A stretch of 64,000 nt of DNA from contig JBAZZB010000002.1 of the NCBI GenBank assembly GCA_041659045.1, positions 85,427 to 149,426 of the forward strand, written 5' to 3'. The notes below the pieces were generated by a model, which was not told the DNA's origin, did not search any database, and saw nothing but the letters and a program-made list of their open reading frames with translations. Origin of the DNA: Patescibacteria group bacterium. Its GTDB lineage: Bacteria; Patescibacteriota; Patescibacteriia; SG8-24; DYFX01. Below, piece after piece: positions 60,765-64,000 of the stretch; position 1 is the stretch's first letter, and each line of letters opens with the position of its first letter. Both the position numbers and the translations under genes were made by a program.

Positions 60765-61232
60765 ATGCCCGAAAGAGTGCTTGGTCGGAAACCCGGCGAG
60801 ATCTGCAACAGCTGTAAAACCGGGCGTCTCGTCGCTCGGTTCCAAGCGCAACACAACTGCAATCCACGCGTTGGAGGCCCGCCAGGACCATCGCCGGCAT
60901 TGCATCACCTCGTCTGCTCAGAATGCGGTCTTTGGTACGAGAGCGCGACCCACGGCAACCGCAACACGTTGCTTGGAGCGCAGCTCAAGGATTTCGTGAA
61001 TCCGGAGACACAGCCGGAGCGCTGCCATCAGTGCAATGAGCCCGCTTCCGAGTACGTGCTTTCTACAGGATTCTCCCTCAGCCGATATCCCGGAGACGAC
61101 GACCCGCACGCGAAGAAGCTCTTGCACTGTAGCGGCTGCGTCCTGCTCCTCTGGAAGTTTCGGAGTCGACTCGAAGAGCTGGTGGAAACCCAGCGAGAGT
61201 CCCTGAACCTAGACTCAAAAACACCCCGCTGA
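60765..61232 (+). CDS. Double zinc-ribbon hypothetical protein
   Basis: CNSC, CSEC, CHQC, CSGC; SD AGGAGG. Confidence 0.7.
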   Translation: MPERVLGRKPGEICNSCKTGRLVARFQAQHNCNPRVGGPPGPSPALHHLVCSECGLWYESATHGNRNTLLGAQLKDFVNPETQPERCHQCNEPASEYVLSTGFSLSRYPGDDDPHAKKLLHCSGCVLLLWKFRSRLEELVETQRESLNLDSKTPR

Positions 61233-61254
61233 GGCGAGGTGTCTTTTTTTCCGT

Positions 61255-63675
61255 TTACGGTTGGACCGGATCCGGAAGACCTTCTTCCACAGGAGCAGCT
61301 GCTCCAGCTTTCTTCGCCTTGAGATCATCAAGCCTCTTCTGCACATCCGCATTATCAGGGTTCGCCTTCAGCACTTCTTCGATGTGGCCGATGGCGCCAT
61401 CGAGATCACCCTTTTCTTCGAGCATGGCGGCCAGGTACCAGCGCGCGTTTGAGTATTGCGGTTCAAGACCGATGACGCGACGCAATTCAGCGATCGCCTT
61501 GTCGGTCTCTTTATTCTGGTAGTAGAGAATAGCGAGTTGGAAACCGACGCCGAGATCGTTCGGGTTGGAGTTCCTGACAGATTCAAGCTTTGCAGCTGCC
61601 TCGCCTGACTTACCCTCAGACTGAAGCAGAAGCGCCATCCAGTAGTTGGCCGCGGCGTAGTCCTGCTTGAGCGCGAGTGCTTTTTCAAGTCCCTCACGAG
61701 CCTTTTGCTGCGCATCCTTCACCACCTTTTCAAGCGCTGCTTTCTGATCATCCTTCATGTCCTTGCCGTTGCCGATCTTCTGACGCGCATCCTCGGCGAC
61801 AGAAAGTTCGATCTTGGCGAGTTCCGTCAGGTAGATCGGGTTGTTCGGTTCGAGATCGATCGCCTTTTGATAGGCGTCGCGTGCAGCCTGAATCGCACCT
61901 TCAACGGCAGGGCCGAGGTCGCGGTACATACCCGCGAGCGATGACCATGTCTGTACGTTCGACGGGTTGAGCTCCGTCGCGCGACGTCCGGCGTTCACAG
62001 CGTTCGCTGCAAGCAATGTGACCTGACGAGCCTGTTCGTCGGTCGGTCTCGCACCAGCTTCCGAAGCAACGCGATTGGCCTGAACAGCCAGCGCTTGGGA
62101 AAGTGCGCGGAAGTAGAGGTCGTTGTGACTGTTGAGCTGGGTGGCGCGCAGAAGTTCCTGCGAAGCCAGGTCGGCTCCTTGTTTCGTGGTCACGTCAGTC
62201 ACGACACCGCGCTGATAGTGCGCCTCGGCGACCAAGCGCTGGCCCTGAAGGTACACGCCTGCGATCGAGAAGATGACCGCGACGATGAACATGAAGGAGA
62301 GGCCGAGCGCCGCGCGCGGAGACTGGTCGAAGCGCGCTTCAGAGCGACCTTGCCATTGGAGCGACACGAGCATTGCTGTCAGCATCCAGAAGGCGAATTC
62401 AAGCGTCACGTTCGACGAATAGAAGACCTTACCGAGCAAAAGGGTCACCCATGCCGAGAATGTTGCGAGTGTTACGAGCCATTCGTCGTGACCGCGCCAG
62501 AGCTTAATTTTGGTACGTACCATCAAGAAGATGACCATCACCAAGAAAGCAGCGAGTCCGAGAATACCGATCGTTGCGAGCATCGTCAGGATACGAGAGG
62601 CCGAACGGTCGAACTGTACGCTCCAAAAATCAGTGCCGTTGAGATCCTTCGAACGGAATTGCGTGTAGTCGTAGAGGAAGGTGCCCGGACCGGAACCGAA
62701 GAGCGGCTGGTTGGCGAGTGCTTCACGTGAAATGTTCCAGCTGGCACGAAGCGAGGGCATCACTTCCGCCGGGAGATTCAGGTTGAAGGGGAAGCGGATA
62801 AAGATGAAGAGCGCGCCGATGACCATCGCGGCCATCGGGACAGCCAGCATCGTAATCTGAAGATTGCGGTCCGTTTTGAGCATGCCGTAGGCAACAAGCA
62901 CGGCGCAGCCTACGATCAACATGAGCCAAAGCGCCCAGAACTGGAGAGCGGCGATATAGAGGGCACCGAGTACGAGGAGAACACACATCAATACCTTGCG
63001 CACGCCAGCGAGCTTTTCCCCCTTCGTCGGCATGAGCATAAGGCCCATGACGAGCGACATTGCCATTGCGGCGTAGACGCCGACCGAGTTGGTCGTACCA
63101 AGAGTGTTAAAAGCGGCGTTGCTGCCGGCGGTGCCGGGGAGAAGCTTCAATCCAAACGCCTGGGCAACAGCCTGTGCCAGCACGAGAAAGGCGCTAAACG
63201 ACATCCAGCCCAGAGCTTTTTTGACGTCTTTTGCATCGCGAAGGACGTTGTTTGCAACAAAATAGAGCAGGGCGAAGCAGAGCGTGGTCACGAGTCCGGA
63301 CTTTTCTTGTCCAAAGTCGCCGACCAAGCTGACGTATCGACTCTTTGAAAGCCACACCGCGGCCATGTACATGAGCAGGTAGACGCCGATCAAGAGATTC
63401 ATGACCGACCCGCGCACCTCTACCCTGCGAGTGACCAGCATTTTTCCGAGCCAGGCCAGAACAGCAACAACCGTCGCGACAATCAAGATGGACTGTTTTG
63501 GCAGTTCTAAGACGTCGCTCAGCCCTGGAAAATAAAACAGCGGCAGTACGACGAGTGAAATGTAGATCGTCCAACGTGCGACAGCATCAGCGAACGCCGC
63601 GAGCTTCCGCCCTTCGGCGGGAGTCACCAGCGTGTCGTCCGCGCCTCCTCCAAAGACGGGCGAGTGCTCTGACAT
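61255..63675 (-). CDS. O-antigen-ligase-like polytopic membrane protein with C-terminal TPRs
   Basis: Many TMs; NTLGTTN; PLFGSGPGTF; ATIGILG; TPRs AIDLEPNNP, ALALKQDYA, VIGLEPQYSNA. Confidence 0.85.
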   Translation of the reverse strand: MSEHSPVFGGGADDTLVTPAEGRKLAAFADAVARWTIYISLVVLPLFYFPGLSDVLELPKQSILIVATVVAVLAWLGKMLVTRRVEVRGSVMNLLIGVYLLMYMAAVWLSKSRYVSLVGDFGQEKSGLVTTLCFALLYFVANNVLRDAKDVKKALGWMSFSAFLVLAQAVAQAFGLKLLPGTAGSNAAFNTLGTTNSVGVYAAMAMSLVMGLMLMPTKGEKLAGVRKVLMCVLLVLGALYIAALQFWALWLMLIVGCAVLVAYGMLKTDRNLQITMLAVPMAAMVIGALFIFIRFPFNLNLPAEVMPSLRASWNISREALANQPLFGSGPGTFLYDYTQFRSKDLNGTDFWSVQFDRSASRILTMLATIGILGLAAFLVMVIFLMVRTKIKLWRGHDEWLVTLATFSAWVTLLLGKVFYSSNVTLEFAFWMLTAMLVSLQWQGRSEARFDQSPRAALGLSFMFIVAVIFSIAGVYLQGQRLVAEAHYQRGVVTDVTTKQGADLASQELLRATQLNSHNDLYFRALSQALAVQANRVASEAGARPTDEQARQVTLLAANAVNAGRRATELNPSNVQTWSSLAGMYRDLGPAVEGAIQAARDAYQKAIDLEPNNPIYLTELAKIELSVAEDARQKIGNGKDMKDDQKAALEKVVKDAQQKAREGLEKALALKQDYAAANYWMALLLQSEGKSGEAAAKLESVRNSNPNDLGVGFQLAILYYQNKETDKAIAELRRVIGLEPQYSNARWYLAAMLEEKGDLDGAIGHIEEVLKANPDNADVQKRLDDLKAKKAGAAAPVEEGLPDPVQP

Positions 63676-63792
63676 AGCCTAAATACGAAAAAGTTAAGGT
63701 CGATGGGTATCGCCTTACAATATAGCACACGTGATGCGTTACCGTTCAGAGATATGCACACAGGCACACCCGAACAGAAGGAACAAAGGGTT

Positions 63793-63826
63793 GGGACCCT
63801 CCTGAATTTTCGTTCAGGAGGGTCCC
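63793..63826 (-). terminator. Terminator-like hairpin
   Basis: GGGACCCTCCTGAA...TTCAGGAGGGTCCC. Confidence 0.6.
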
Positions 63827-63832
63827 CTGAGA

Positions 63833-64000
63833 TTAGAAGCCGTAACCCAGGTCTTGCCAGAACACGATCTCGCACATCATTCCCTGCTGGCGCAAGCGGA
63901 GAAGCTTTTGCATCTCTTCAGCAAAGACGTTGCCGAAGTCGACGAAGTAGCAACCCTCTTGCTCCGCGGGAGCGGGCGTTTCGCGCTGTGGCAGCGGACG
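63833..64000 (-). CDS. 3' end of a hypothetical protein (partial)
   Basis: Open frame ...EGCYFVDFGNVFAEEMQKLLRLRQQGMMCEIVFWQDLGYGF* ending just before the hairpin. Confidence 0.5.
   Translation of the reverse strand, partial: RPLPQRETPAPAEQEGCYFVDFGNVFAEEMQKLLRLRQQGMMCEIVFWQDLGYGF

Overview
A 64 kb stretch of bacterial chromosome. Gene content, the divergent 16S rRNA and a characteristic secreted-protein C-terminal domain suggest Patescibacteria/CPR, probably an ABY1/Uhrbacteria-like lineage (inference, no search run). Core genes: trmD, ruvC, yebC, rpoB-rpoC, ftsK, rodZ-like, recA, efp, epmA, rpsF-ssb-rpsR, ychF, a stand-alone 16S rRNA with no adjacent 23S, and five tRNAs (Ile-GAT, Phe-GAA, Pro-TGG, Gly-TCC, Ala-GGC). 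Other recognisable genes: a MarR-controlled MacAB-like exporter, two orphan histidine kinases, cell-wall/surface proteins and a large repeat surface protein running off the left edge. Between these sit about 16 ORFans, most with a strong Shine-Dalgarno (SD) site and many with Cys/His metal-binding motifs, while many conserved genes look leaderless. The best candidate for a new system is a ~510 nt densely structured RNA (44307-44819), transcribed divergently from rpoB from a consensus-like promoter, ahead of an unrecognised Cys4 protein. Also notable: a tandem pair of paralogous unknown domains (one fused to an anti-sigma-type zinc finger), a 52 aa C2H2 zinc-finger microprotein and a 22 aa membrane peptide ending CSCCCH; the last two are missing from the ORF track. 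No CRISPR array, transposase, integrase or prophage was seen.
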